This document shows, piece after piece, positions 9,825 through 19,898 of a stretch of DNA of 61,143 bases. Source of the stretch: Thermoplasmatota archaeon (GTDB taxonomy: Archaea > Thermoplasmatota > Penumbrarchaeia > Penumbrarchaeales > Penumbrarchaeaceae); assembly GCA_049472195.1 (NCBI GenBank), contig JBLIRG010000003.1:1-61143 (forward strand), in the 5' to 3' direction. The notes under the pieces are model-generated. The model did no database searches, was not told where the DNA came from, and was given only the letters and a program-made list of their open reading frames with translations. Both the position numbers and the translations under genes were made by a program. Within the stretch, counting starts at the first letter, position 1. The number at the start of each line of letters is the position of its first letter.

Positions 9825-12800
9825 TCAATCGTCTTCACCCACCTCTGGGAAATCTTCCATATCCTCGATGTCCGGAGGAGCGGGGATGGGGGCCAGACCG
9901 GGCTTCGGAATGTCGTCCATCTCATCGGGTATATCAAGTTCCACCAGTTCCACGGGATCCTCATCCTCGGTCTCATCAACGATATCATCCGTTTCGGGTT
10001 CGGGATCAATATCCGGTTCGATCGGATCGATCATATCCTCTTCTCCGGATTCCGAATCGTCAAGGGGAATTCCCGAATCCTCTTTTACCGGATCGGGCAG
10101 CTCCCCCACCTTCTTCCTCAACTGGAAAATGACCATGATTATCAGTATGATCAGAATACCGGCAAGCATCAGTCCGAGGGGAGTGATGAGGAAACCCACT
10201 ATCTTCACGGCGATATTGTAGTCCTCGACCTCGAATTCGATGGGATTTGTCTGTCTTTGCGCCCCTTCGTCATCTATCACCAGAAGGCTGATGTTGTGCA
10301 TGCCCGCACTGTCAATTGATATGGTCAGGTTGCGGCCATTCTCGTCCCGAAGGATACTGCCGTCGAGAATCCATATGAATACGAGAGCGTCCATATCGGA
10401 TTTTGTATCATGGGATTTGTACCCGAGTATGGTGAACTCCTCTCCCCTCCTGACCTTGGTTGGAATATCTGATATGATAACTGTGGGCGCAGGGTTTGTT
10501 ACGTTGATGTAATGAACAGCCGATCCGGTCTCGCCCTGATCATCGGTCAGTTTCACGGAAACGGTGTGGTTGCCCTCGGTCCGAAATACCGTGGACAGGA
10601 TGGATTCGTTGGATCCCGTACGCACCCCGTCCACCGACCATTCAAAACTGATCAGGCCCATATCGCTCTCCGAATCGAACGAATCTGCAAGCGAGAACAC
10701 AGCGATCTCATCCTCGTCGATCCTCTCCGGTCCCAGCAGCACCGGGTCGGGAGCCCTGTTCCTGATCGTTATCTCATGGAGGGCCGTATCGTGATCCCCG
10801 TCGTCATCCGTGATGGTCAGAACCACCGTATGGATTCCGCCCTTGGTGAACCTGACGGATATGCCGGCGCCGAAAAGATCCGGTTCCCCATCCGAATCCA
10901 CGTCCCATGAATAATTCATGGTGATCAGATCCGACGGCGAATCGGTGGATCCGAACGAGCTCAGATTGACGATCTCGTCCTCGAATGCCGATTTAGGCCC
11001 GGTTATCTCGGCTTCGGGAACTATGTTTTGCACCAGAACGGCGGATGAGTTGGATTCGGACGCTCCGTCGTCGTCAACCACCTCCATGGTTATCGTGTAA
11101 ATTCCGGATATGGAACGGTTGAATACAAACTCCGGTCCGTAAGAGATATCGGAGATGTCGCCGTTCACGATCCAGGAGATATTGAGATCGGAGATATCGG
11201 AGGGGGTGTCCATTGCGGGCGAGGATTTGAATATGACCTGCTCCCCTTCCCAGGCCGATTCGGGACCGGTAAACGAAGGGGACGGCCTCACGTTGAACAC
11301 GTCGATTATCGTCCCGTTGTAATCCATGTCCCCGTCCGGATCCATGACCCACAGGCCGATTTCATGCTCCCCGGCTTTTTCGATCGAAAGGCTGGCATCC
11401 GGTATCAGCGACCAATCGGTAGCGTTCAGACCGTCGATGGAGAACCTGTACCTGAGGTTCAGTTCATCAGGGTAGCTGTCGATGGAATCCCCGCCGGATA
11501 CGTCGAAGGACTCATCCTCCCTGGTTGATACCGGAGCGGATATGACCGCCCGGGGAGGCAGGTTGTGTACCTTGACCGTCATATTCTCGGATACCGAGCT
11601 GATCCCATCCGATACGGTCAGCCGGATCTCATATGATCCCTGTTCATCGAAGGTCAGGCTTACCCCAGGAAAAGTTGAATCGACATCGTGAAAGCCGTCC
11701 GACAGATCCAGATCCCATTCGAAATATATCGGATCACCATCGGGATCATAGGAGCCGGAAGCATCGATGAATATCGGTTCCCCTTCCCCTGTCTCCGGCT
11801 CACCGGGATCGGCAGATATGACCGGAGCTTGATTGGACATCTTCACGGTTGCGAAACCGAGATGCGTTCCGTTTACCGCAAGGATATCATATCTGTCGGG
11901 CTCGAGGTCGGATATGAAAAGAAGACCTGAGGTGTCTGTGGTCCCGTATTCTGTTCCGTCCAGGTACACCACGGCGTCAGGAACCGGTTCATCGGGGGAT
12001 ACCTCCGGATTGGTAACGTGTATCCTGAGGTCGTCATAGACCATATCGGGATTCAGGGCGACAACGGTTGCATTTATCCTCACTCTTTCCACCGGGGACC
12101 GATACTCCTTGACCATCTCCTCCCAGTAGGTATCCGCCGTGAGGTTCAGGTACCCCGTGGACCCGTCGTATATGGATTGGTAATAACCGTATTTGGACGG
12201 AAAGTAAACCGTCAAACCGGTTGCACCGGGATTGTTCCCGTTGGCGAAATGGGTCTCGGCTATCATCATCCTCGTGTAGTTGGCGAGTGATCTTTCGGCC
12301 CAATCGGTTACGATCTCGTCCATATCCCTCTGAACTATGTTCTCGAGGAGATCACCGAGATCAAGGGATGATGACGAACCCCCGATCCTGACAGCTCTGC
12401 TGTATGCCTGGTGGAACTCACCCGAGAGATCAACCTCCAGATGGTACATCCTCTCGAAGAGATTGCGGGAAAGATTATCGAGGGAGGAGATGAAGTCGGT
12501 CCTCAGGATCTGCATGTCGACCGCCGAGTAACCGGCCCAAGGATCGAATGCCGGATCATATGTTGTCGAATAGCGTTCTATGATCAATTTCGTGAGATTG
12601 ATCGGATCGAGAGGATCTATACCCCCCATGCTGTCTGTGAAGGTGTAGTTCAATCCGTAAAAAGGCTGCTGGTCCTCAGCCCCCATTCCGATATCCGCCC
12701 AGGGCGACATCTGGTACATCACTTCCAGGGATCCCATGTAGCATGTATCGAAGACGATAATATCCGAATGCAGGCCTCCGATGATGCCGGATGCTTCCGA

Positions 12801-13388
12801 GAACGCATCTCGAATATCATCCATGTACATTGTCGCTCCGTTTGTGACATCCTGGGCGAAACCTCTGGTTCCGGGAAGTTCATTCCCCCTGCTGGTACTT
12901 GAATACCAGCCAGTCCCGTGATCCCAAATGTCTATCAGAACATTGTCGGCCGATCTTTCTGTCATACCGTAAACGAGAAAATCCCTCAAAACATCCGGAT
13001 CGGAGGTATCCAGCTCATCGCTCCAGAGGGGATTGACGTCACTGAGCGGAATGGTGGGAGATCCAATACCCACAACAGGATGATATTCCAGATCGTACAA
13101 GACGGTGTTATGATCTCCTTTCATGTCGACCAGGACCAGAATGTCCAGCCCGCTGGTGCTCATGTTCCCCTCGATCTCCTCAAGATCGAACCAGGCGGCG
13201 TTGCCGTACGATTTGTTCTCTCCAAGGTTGTTATCGGCCGCCATGTATACCAGCATCAGCCATTCGCTGTCTGCCCGTGATGGAAGGCTTCCGTCAAGCT
13301 TCCCTTCGGATCCTGCCCCGGCCCCCACAGTAACCGGAGCTGATAAAGCCGCAAGCATCACGATGAAGATGACTGCCCATCTGGTCAC
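9825..13388 (-). CDS. Membrane-anchored clostripain-family (C11) cysteine peptidase with six PKD domains and acidic tail
   Basis: Signal peptide; WLMLVYMAADNNL, IWDHGTGW (catalytic His), FDTCYMGSLE (catalytic Cys), GLTVYFP; six NxxP-initiated PKD repeats; TM then D/E/P-rich tail. Confidence 0.88.
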   Translation of the reverse strand: MTRWAVIFIVMLAALSAPVTVGAGAGSEGKLDGSLPSRADSEWLMLVYMAADNNLGENKSYGNAAWFDLEEIEGNMSTSGLDILVLVDMKGDHNTVLYDLEYHPVVGIGSPTIPLSDVNPLWSDELDTSDPDVLRDFLVYGMTERSADNVLIDIWDHGTGWYSSTSRGNELPGTRGFAQDVTNGATMYMDDIRDAFSEASGIIGGLHSDIIVFDTCYMGSLEVMYQMSPWADIGMGAEDQQPFYGLNYTFTDSMGGIDPLDPINLTKLIIERYSTTYDPAFDPWAGYSAVDMQILRTDFISSLDNLSRNLFERMYHLEVDLSGEFHQAYSRAVRIGGSSSSLDLGDLLENIVQRDMDEIVTDWAERSLANYTRMMIAETHFANGNNPGATGLTVYFPSKYGYYQSIYDGSTGYLNLTADTYWEEMVKEYRSPVERVRINATVVALNPDMVYDDLRIHVTNPEVSPDEPVPDAVVYLDGTEYGTTDTSGLLFISDLEPDRYDILAVNGTHLGFATVKMSNQAPVISADPGEPETGEGEPIFIDASGSYDPDGDPIYFEWDLDLSDGFHDVDSTFPGVSLTFDEQGSYEIRLTVSDGISSVSENMTVKVHNLPPRAVISAPVSTREDESFDVSGGDSIDSYPDELNLRYRFSIDGLNATDWSLIPDASLSIEKAGEHEIGLWVMDPDGDMDYNGTIIDVFNVRPSPSFTGPESAWEGEQVIFKSSPAMDTPSDISDLNISWIVNGDISDISYGPEFVFNRSISGIYTITMEVVDDDGASESNSSAVLVQNIVPEAEITGPKSAFEDEIVNLSSFGSTDSPSDLITMNYSWDVDSDGEPDLFGAGISVRFTKGGIHTVVLTITDDDGDHDTALHEITIRNRAPDPVLLGPERIDEDEIAVFSLADSFDSESDMGLISFEWSVDGVRTGSNESILSTVFRTEGNHTVSVKLTDDQGETGSAVHYINVTNPAPTVIISDIPTKVRRGEEFTILGYKSHDTKSDMDALVFIWILDGSILRDENGRNLTISIDSAGMHNISLLVIDDEGAQRQTNPIEFEVEDYNIAVKIVGFLITPLGLMLAGILIILIIMVIFQLRKKVGELPDPVKEDSGIPLDDSESGEEDMIDPIEPDIDPEPETDDIVDETEDEDPVELVELDIPDEMDDIPKPGLAPIPAPPDIEDMEDFPEVGEDD

Positions 13389-13575
13389 GATGGACCATCA
13401 TACTTTCCGTTTATATGTTTGATGGTTACGGGTATGGTTCATGAGAGAATGCGTCCATATTGCGGTTAGCATCGATTATGCGGGAGAGAGTAATACACAT
13501 GTGTAAAGTCATTTCCACGATGGTACCATAAATATTATATGGGTATTAATGGGGTTTTTTTCAATGGTGATAAAG

Positions 13576-13752
13576 ATGATCAGACCCGTAAACAGAATAG
13601 GGAACATGGAAAAGGAGGATAGGGACATCGGTCATATTTCGGACGTCGTGAGCCTTACCTTTATCAACTCCATGATCCGAAAGACGGTTCCTGCCGGGAA
13701 AGCCAGGACAGTTTCCGCACCGCGTGTTGTGATCATCCAGGGTTACATCTGA
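13576..13752 (+). CDS. Possible small hypothetical protein (58 aa)
   Basis: AT-rich TATA-like element near 13529-13540, GGTGA RBS 5 nt before ATG 13576; fills an otherwise empty gap; no recognised motif. Confidence 0.35.
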   Translation: MIRPVNRIGNMEKEDRDIGHISDVVSLTFINSMIRKTVPAGKARTVSAPRVVIIQGYI

Positions 13753-14429
13753 TAACGATGAAACCGCTCCTCGGATACCACACCTATCTTCATTCTGCAC
13801 AATCCCTCGATGCCTGCCTCAACGACGTCGCCGTCCTCAAGCGGGCCTACACCCGCCGGAGTGCCGGTCATTATGATATCATCCTCTTCGAGGGTCATCA
13901 CGCTGGATATTGCCGATATGAGATGTTCGGGTGTGAACACCATCTGATCCGTATTGCCGTCCTGCCTCATATCGCCGTTGACGGAAAGCCATATCCTTTT
14001 GTTCCGGTAATCGAAATCCTCGCGGGGGAGGGCCGTGGGACCGATCGGTGAGAATGTATCGTATCCTTTTGCCTCCGTCCAAGGAAGCCCTTTTTTCTTT
14101 GCCTCGCTCTGTATGTCCCTGGCGGTGATATCGAGCATCAGGGCAAAACCCTTCACATGCTCCATCGCATCGTCTTTTGGAATGTTCCTGCCCTTTCTGC
14201 CAATTATCACCGCGAGCTCGACCTCGTGATGAAGGTCTTCGACGCATTCAGGGATCACGATTTCGCCATTTTCGCCAACGAGGGAGGAAGGCGGTTTCAG
14301 GAAGAAACTCGGCTTTATTGGAACTTCATCCGCCATCTCCCTGGCGTGCTCAGCATAATTTCTCAGAAGGCAAACTATCTTGGACGGGGAAAGCGAATAA
14401 TCGAGGATTCCGAGTTTGATTTCGACCAT
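13743..14429 (-). CDS. Fumarylacetoacetate hydrolase family protein
   Basis: KIVCLLRNYAEH, FLKPPSS, HHEVEL, DITARDIQ, AKGYDTF, TGTPAGVG. Confidence 0.92.
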   Translation of the reverse strand: MVEIKLGILDYSLSPSKIVCLLRNYAEHAREMADEVPIKPSFFLKPPSSLVGENGEIVIPECVEDLHHEVELAVIIGRKGRNIPKDDAMEHVKGFALMLDITARDIQSEAKKKGLPWTEAKGYDTFSPIGPTALPREDFDYRNKRIWLSVNGDMRQDGNTDQMVFTPEHLISAISSVMTLEEDDIIMTGTPAGVGPLEDGDVVEAGIEGLCRMKIGVVSEERFHRYQM

Positions 14430-14795
14430 GGTGACCACCGGACCGTTGATGCTCAACAACCATCGGGTATAAAAAAAACAAGGTCCGATGACAAGAATCG
14501 AACCTTGAACCTATAATCCCACCCACCCATAAGGCCAGGTGTTTCATCTCGCCTACCACCATTCAAGGAACCGATCGAATGGATGTTTCAAAATACCTAT
14601 ATGATAAAAAAACCAGGTTTGACCGCCATTTTCATACCATGAATCGGAAATTGCCCGTCCTTCCATGATTCCGATCCCGTATCTGATGAATTTCGATCGG
14701 TTTCGAATGGATCGATTTCCAATATCTCCTCGCGAAGTTACCCCGCCTGAATCCCTTATAGGGCAAAAAATAGATTAATCACGTTCATTCATCAG

Positions 14796-15725
14796 ATGAT
14801 CATGCGAATCCATTTCCTGGGAACCGGCGGAAGCTGGCCTTCCAGGACTAGAAACTCCACATCGATCGGCGTCACAATGGGAAGGACCACTGTCCTTCTC
14901 GACTGCGGCGAGGGAACCCAGAGACAGATCATACCAACCGCAATATCACCGATGAAGATCAAGGCCATTCTGATCACACATCTTCACGGAGATCATTTTC
15001 TCGGAGTGCCGGGCCTCGTTCAAACCATGTCCCTGAACGACAGGAATGATGACCTGCTGCTGATCGGTCCCAGGGGAATATCGGAAAGCTGGGAGAAGGC
15101 CAGGATGATATGTCCCTTCACACCGAGATTCGAGGTGATCGTCAGGACCATGGTACCCGGGGATTCGTTAAATCTGGAGGAGATGCTTATCGAGGCGGGG
15201 CCCGCCGACCACTCCATTCCCTCCATATCCTTCCGGATCTCCGGACCGGATAAACCCGGCAGGTTCAACAGAGACAAGGCGCTCGAGCTTGGGATCCCAG
15301 AGGGCAGGATGTGGGGCATTCTCCAGAAAGGGGACAGCGTGGCGGTCCTCGTCGACGGAGAGGAACGGATCGTCAAATCCGAAGATGTCCTCGGACCCCC
15401 GAGGAAGGGTCTTTCCCTGGTATACTCGGGAGATACCGCCCCATGCGAAGGGATAAGGGACATCTCAAAGGGTGCGGACGTACTGATCCATGAGGCCACA
15501 TTCTCCGAGGAGTTCAGGGAACTCGCCGATGAATACAAACACTCCACGGCGCAAGGAGCTGCCGGGATTGCCCGGGATGCGGGCGTTCGAAAACTGTTCC
15601 TGGTGCACATATCGCCCCGCTATTCCGACGAGGATTCACTGGAAATACTACTGAAGGAAGCATCTGCGGTATTCCCCGATGTTCTGATCCCGGATGATCT
15701 CGAAACCTTCGAGATCACCCGTTGA
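14796..15725 (+). CDS. rnz: Ribonuclease Z
   Basis: FLGTGG, DCGEGTQRQ, THLHGDH, exosite GIPEG, YSGDT, HEATF, HST, HISPRY. Confidence 0.95.
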   Translation: MIMRIHFLGTGGSWPSRTRNSTSIGVTMGRTTVLLDCGEGTQRQIIPTAISPMKIKAILITHLHGDHFLGVPGLVQTMSLNDRNDDLLLIGPRGISESWEKARMICPFTPRFEVIVRTMVPGDSLNLEEMLIEAGPADHSIPSISFRISGPDKPGRFNRDKALELGIPEGRMWGILQKGDSVAVLVDGEERIVKSEDVLGPPRKGLSLVYSGDTAPCEGIRDISKGADVLIHEATFSEEFRELADEYKHSTAQGAAGIARDAGVRKLFLVHISPRYSDEDSLEILLKEASAVFPDVLIPDDLETFEITR

Positions 15726-17169
15726 ACCTGTAGGAGCCAGGTGAGAGGAAGAAGAGCGGGAGCATTATATCGAACCTCCCCAGGAACATCACGAGGAGAA
15801 GTGTCATCTTCGGAACGGTCCCGATAGAGTCGACACCCTCGGGTGTCGAAAACTCGCCGAAGGCTATCCCGGAATTCGATACGGCGGTCACGCAAATCGA
15901 GGTTACTTCCAGTATGTCTCCCTTGAATATCAGAACAGCCATTATGCTCGCGCCGAGGATCGTGAAAAGGTAGAAGAATGTTACATTTGCCGCTTCAAGC
16001 GCCTTCCCGGAATATGTCCCCTCTCCCCTTCTGAGGGATATGACCGCTCTCGGATGGGAGCTTCTCTTCACCTCCCCCAGGAAACCCTTTGTAAGCAGGA
16101 GGACCCTCTGCATTTTGAAACCGGATGCAACGGACAGGGACGAACCGCCCATCAGCATCAGCAGAAGCAGGAAAATCTTCAGGGACCCGGGCCAATCGTT
16201 CATCCCCTCCACCATGAATCCAGTGGTGGTCACGGCGGATATCGCGGAGAAGATACCTCTCCAAACTGACTGTCCCAAGGTCAGATCGGATGTGGACAGT
16301 ATCATCACGGAGATCACCGGGACGGTTACTATGGTCGTGATGTAGAACAGATTCTCGTTATCGAGCAGTGTTCTCAATCTTCCCTTTGCAGAGAACACGG
16401 ACATGTGCACGTAATAACCCATCCCGGACAGGACCATGAACAGGACAAGTATCATATGAAGCGGGATCCCTCCGTCGACGAACCTGCCGTCGGGACCGTA
16501 TCCTCCGGTAGATACCGTTCCCAATGACAGACACAGCGAGTCGAATATTCCCATCCCCCCGATGCTTATGAGAATGAACGACACGAGCGTGAAAAAACCA
16601 TAGAGGACCGCGAGGGTTGACAAGAGCTTGTTGAAGTGGGGGACAACCCCGATCCGGGATATGAGCTTCTGATCAGCCGAACGCCGGGCGATATCGTTGA
16701 TATCGGATATCACCATGAACGCGACGACGAGGTAGAAAAGACCTCCCGCCCACTGAATGGCGCATCTGAAGAACAGGAGTCCGTGGCTGTCGCCTGCGAG
16801 AGATGACGCGTCAACGGTCGACAGACCGGTGGTTGTCCATCCTGCCATTGATTCGAACAGGGCCGATACCGGGTCCATCCCGGCCCCTAGCATGAACGGG
16901 ATCGAACCGAACACTACCAGATAGAGAAAGAAAACCATGGCAAGTTTGTACTTCCTCGCTTTTCTGAACCTGCCGTAGGACCTCTTTATGATGAAATACG
17001 GCAGAAAAAGGATCAGAGCCGCTCCGAGCGGGATCGTGAAAGTGAGGAGATTGCTCCTGACCAGATCTCCGTACAGAATGTCTATGAAAAGGGATAACGA
17101 CATGAGGGCGATCAGTATCAGGTTGACCCTCAGGACTGCGGATATCGCTCCGGTATCCCTCAATTTCAC
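15715..17169 (-). CDS. trkH: TrkH-family potassium uptake membrane protein
   Basis: Four pore loops GWTTTG, VSTGG, VTTTGF, VSNSG; GFKMQR; MFLGRFD. Confidence 0.9.
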   Translation of the reverse strand: MKLRDTGAISAVLRVNLILIALMSLSLFIDILYGDLVRSNLLTFTIPLGAALILFLPYFIIKRSYGRFRKARKYKLAMVFFLYLVVFGSIPFMLGAGMDPVSALFESMAGWTTTGLSTVDASSLAGDSHGLLFFRCAIQWAGGLFYLVVAFMVISDINDIARRSADQKLISRIGVVPHFNKLLSTLAVLYGFFTLVSFILISIGGMGIFDSLCLSLGTVSTGGYGPDGRFVDGGIPLHMILVLFMVLSGMGYYVHMSVFSAKGRLRTLLDNENLFYITTIVTVPVISVMILSTSDLTLGQSVWRGIFSAISAVTTTGFMVEGMNDWPGSLKIFLLLLMLMGGSSLSVASGFKMQRVLLLTKGFLGEVKRSSHPRAVISLRRGEGTYSGKALEAANVTFFYLFTILGASIMAVLIFKGDILEVTSICVTAVSNSGIAFGEFSTPEGVDSIGTVPKMTLLLVMFLGRFDIMLPLFFLSPGSYRFNG

Positions 17170-17173
17170 ACCT

Positions 17174-18538
17174 CTAGAAATAATCCTTTATCCACTTCAG
17201 ATGCGTGGATCTCGTGAATATTACCAGCTGGTCTCCCGGATGAATGAAGGTGTCGCCCCTTGGTATTATCAGCTGTTTCTTTCTTATGATCGCTCCTATG
17301 AGAAGGTCCTTGGTCCTGAGGCCGATTATCGAGTCCAGCCTCTTGTTGGCTCCCTTGGACTTCTCCCTGACCTTGATCTCAACAACCTGGGCGTCTCCGT
17401 GGCTCATGATTGCAACCGTCTCGAAGTCCTCGGTGTGAAAGTGCTTCAGTATGGTGGAAAGCGTGACAGACCTCGGTGAGATCACCAGGTCCAGGCCTAT
17501 CTCTTCCAGTATCGATTTCAAACCGGGCTGATCGACCAGTGCGATGGATTTCTTTGCCCCCAGCTGGCTTGCTATTAGTGATGTAAGTATGTTTACCTCT
17601 TCCCTGTCGGTAACGGCAAGGAAAGCGTCCGCCTCGGAAATACCCTCGTCCTGAAGCAGGTCCTTGTCGGCGGGAGAACCCTCGATCACCAGAACCTTGG
17701 AAAGCTTCTCCGACAGTGAAATGCACTTCTTCTCATCCTCCTCGATGATTATGATCGAGAGATCCTGATCCTCCATTATCTTGGCGAGATGGAATCCAAC
17801 CCTGGATCCGCCGGCAATCATCACCCGATCGATCGTTTTCTTCATGCTGATCCTTCGGGAGATCCCGAAGAGCTTCGATAGTTTCCTTGTCAGCTCGGTT
17901 TCCTCTTCTCTCGGAATGACCGTTATCACCCTGTCGTTTACCCGGAGTTTGACAGATCCCCTTGGTATTATGACCTCCTCGTTCCTGAATATGGCCACGA
18001 TATTGATATTCCTCGGAAGGCCGAGCTTCTTGATCTCCTTTCCGACACCCTTTGATCTCTTCGCTACCCTGTTCTCCACAACCCTGACGATGTCCTGACC
18101 AAGCATCGGTGAGTCGAAGAGTGCCGGGACCGAGAGAATATTCACCATATGAGTCGCCGCAATGAGTTCGGGGCAGAACGCCACATCAACTCCACAGTCC
18201 TTCAGATCCTCGGAGGAGATCGGGCTCTGAATATAATCGTCGTTGTTGACCCTTGCAAAAGTCGCGCAGCCCCGGTTCTTGGCTATAGAACATGCGGCCA
18301 TGTTCACCTCGTCCGAGCCGGTGACGGCAATAAAAACATCCGCCGAGTTGATATAAGCCTTGTTGAGAACGAAAGGGGAAGCGGCATTTCCAACCACGGA
18401 CAGAACGTCGAGTCCCTCGAGTTTAACGGCCACATTCTCGTTGTTCTCTATGACCGATACGTTGTGTCCCTCCTCGGAAAGAGCCCTTGCCAGGGAGAAC
18501 CCCACATCCCCCCCGCCGGCGATCACCACATTCTTCAT
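17174..18538 (-). CDS. trkA: Trk system NAD-binding subunit
   Basis: Two RCK units with IAGGGDVG and IAGGSRVG; start moved to MKNVVIAG. Confidence 0.92.
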   Translation of the reverse strand: MKNVVIAGGGDVGFSLARALSEEGHNVSVIENNENVAVKLEGLDVLSVVGNAASPFVLNKAYINSADVFIAVTGSDEVNMAACSIAKNRGCATFARVNNDDYIQSPISSEDLKDCGVDVAFCPELIAATHMVNILSVPALFDSPMLGQDIVRVVENRVAKRSKGVGKEIKKLGLPRNINIVAIFRNEEVIIPRGSVKLRVNDRVITVIPREEETELTRKLSKLFGISRRISMKKTIDRVMIAGGSRVGFHLAKIMEDQDLSIIIIEEDEKKCISLSEKLSKVLVIEGSPADKDLLQDEGISEADAFLAVTDREEVNILTSLIASQLGAKKSIALVDQPGLKSILEEIGLDLVISPRSVTLSTILKHFHTEDFETVAIMSHGDAQVVEIKVREKSKGANKRLDSIIGLRTKDLLIGAIIRKKQLIIPRGDTFIHPGDQLVIFTRSTHLKWIKDYF

Positions 18539-18569
18539 CAGGCCACCCCTGATGAGAACATGGTATGGA

Positions 18570-19772
18570 CTATATAACTTTTCCATGGTGATATTTCCGG
18601 GCCGCCGCCTTCCCTTGTTCGCGTGCAATGAACCTGATATCGAGAACGACGTGGTCTATTCGGGGTGCATATGATTTCACCCTCCTTGAACCCAACAACT
18701 CGGCCTCGTATCCATGGTCCGATGCGATTTCTCTGGAGAGTTCGAAGAGATGCCCCGGGCCGTCCTCCACCTTGACGGTGTCATGGAGATGGATAATCCC
18801 TCCCCTGTCCCTAAGATAATGAAGAGCCCTGTCCAGGTAGTCGATCGTCCCGCCGACGTATCCCATGACAATCCTGTCGGCGAACCGCTCAGGAAGACTT
18901 TCCCGGTTGTCGCCCAGTATCGGTTTTACCTTGCCGGAAAGACCGTTGAGCTCGATATTTCTGATCAGGTACTCGAACGAGACGGGATTCTTCTCGCATG
19001 CCGTTACCGATCCGCATCCGGTATTTTTACCGATCGGCAGCGTGAAATAGCCGATCCCGGCGAACATATCCAGCACATCCTCCGATTCGATCATTCCACC
19101 GGTTTCGCCGGATGACGGGATGGCGGGATTCTCATCGATATACCGGGCAGATCTTCTCCTCTCCCCCGTATTCCCGGATGAGAACATTATCCTGGTGGGA
19201 TCGAGAACATACGATATGCCGCCCTCCCGGTGGACCACCTCTGTCGATCCATCAGCCGGAGGTATCAGTATCTCAACATCCGGTATCCGCAGCTCACCTC
19301 CGACTCCCCCCCTGTTCAATAGGCAGAATCTTGACCGTGTTGCTTCGATGTAGGCCTTCGCTATCATGATCTTCCTTTCCATTATCTCTGCGCCGAGGCT
19401 CAGGACGATGCAGTCCCCCACCTTCTCCCACCTGTCCGGCAGGTATGTCAGCTCTTCTTCGGTCATGTGATCTCCGAGAATCAATCGGGCTTTTTCGTAA
19501 GGATTCGGAGTCCTGCCACCGGGAACGGTCAGGGAAAGATCGCCGGATATCGATGTGAAATCCGAAAGGGGGCCCAGTATCCCGCGGACCCAATCCCGGT
19601 CCCTGTTCCGGGGGATGATGATCGGAAAGTGGACCTCCCCATCCGACCTTGTCGTGTAACGATCCGGATCGAAAAGCTCCTTTTCCATCACTCTCTCCCT
19701 GACAGATTCGGCATGAATCTTCACCACGGAAAGAGTGAGAGGAGTGCCTTTCACGATTTCACCCTCGTTCAT
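18570..19772 (-). CDS. taw2: Met-10+/Trm5-family SAM-dependent tRNA enzyme, most like Taw2/TYW2 (wyosine pathway)
   Basis: MFSSGNTGERRR, DMFAGIGYFTLP, EKNP, RIVMGY (Taw2-like rather than the Trm5 MNLP), VKSYAP. Confidence 0.75.
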   Translation of the reverse strand: MNEGEIVKGTPLTLSVVKIHAESVRERVMEKELFDPDRYTTRSDGEVHFPIIIPRNRDRDWVRGILGPLSDFTSISGDLSLTVPGGRTPNPYEKARLILGDHMTEEELTYLPDRWEKVGDCIVLSLGAEIMERKIMIAKAYIEATRSRFCLLNRGGVGGELRIPDVEILIPPADGSTEVVHREGGISYVLDPTRIMFSSGNTGERRRSARYIDENPAIPSSGETGGMIESEDVLDMFAGIGYFTLPIGKNTGCGSVTACEKNPVSFEYLIRNIELNGLSGKVKPILGDNRESLPERFADRIVMGYVGGTIDYLDRALHYLRDRGGIIHLHDTVKVEDGPGHLFELSREIASDHGYEAELLGSRRVKSYAPRIDHVVLDIRFIAREQGKAAARKYHHGKVI

Positions 19773-19863
19773 CGATGATCATCTCCGGGCGGTTCCTTGG
19801 AATGGATCAAAGACCGTCGAACCGCTCGATCGGGTAATTTCACCCGTCTACACATAATACGGG

Positions 19864-19892
19864 AAAGCTTTTGTAATATATACAAAATCTTT
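19864..19892. promoter_or_regulatory. Palindrome over a TATA-like element between divergent genes
   Basis: AAAG-C-TTTTGTA-ATATA-TACAAAA-T-CTTT, 11 of 12 positions complementary. Confidence 0.5.
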
Positions 19893-19898
19893 AAGTCC

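Noticed and set aside
9773-10009. ORF-track N-terminal extensions (also on mptD, trkA, the SPFH gene, FTR, lonB, the MBL gene, cca and mbhK)
   Set aside because: They overlap neighbouring genes or promoters; downstream starts fit the RBS, signal peptide or family N-terminus better
159-13388. Genomic island, provirus or diversity-generating retroelement behind the surface genes
   Set aside because: No integrase, transposase, reverse transcriptase, template/variable repeat pair or att repeats seen; the genes are interleaved with housekeeping operons
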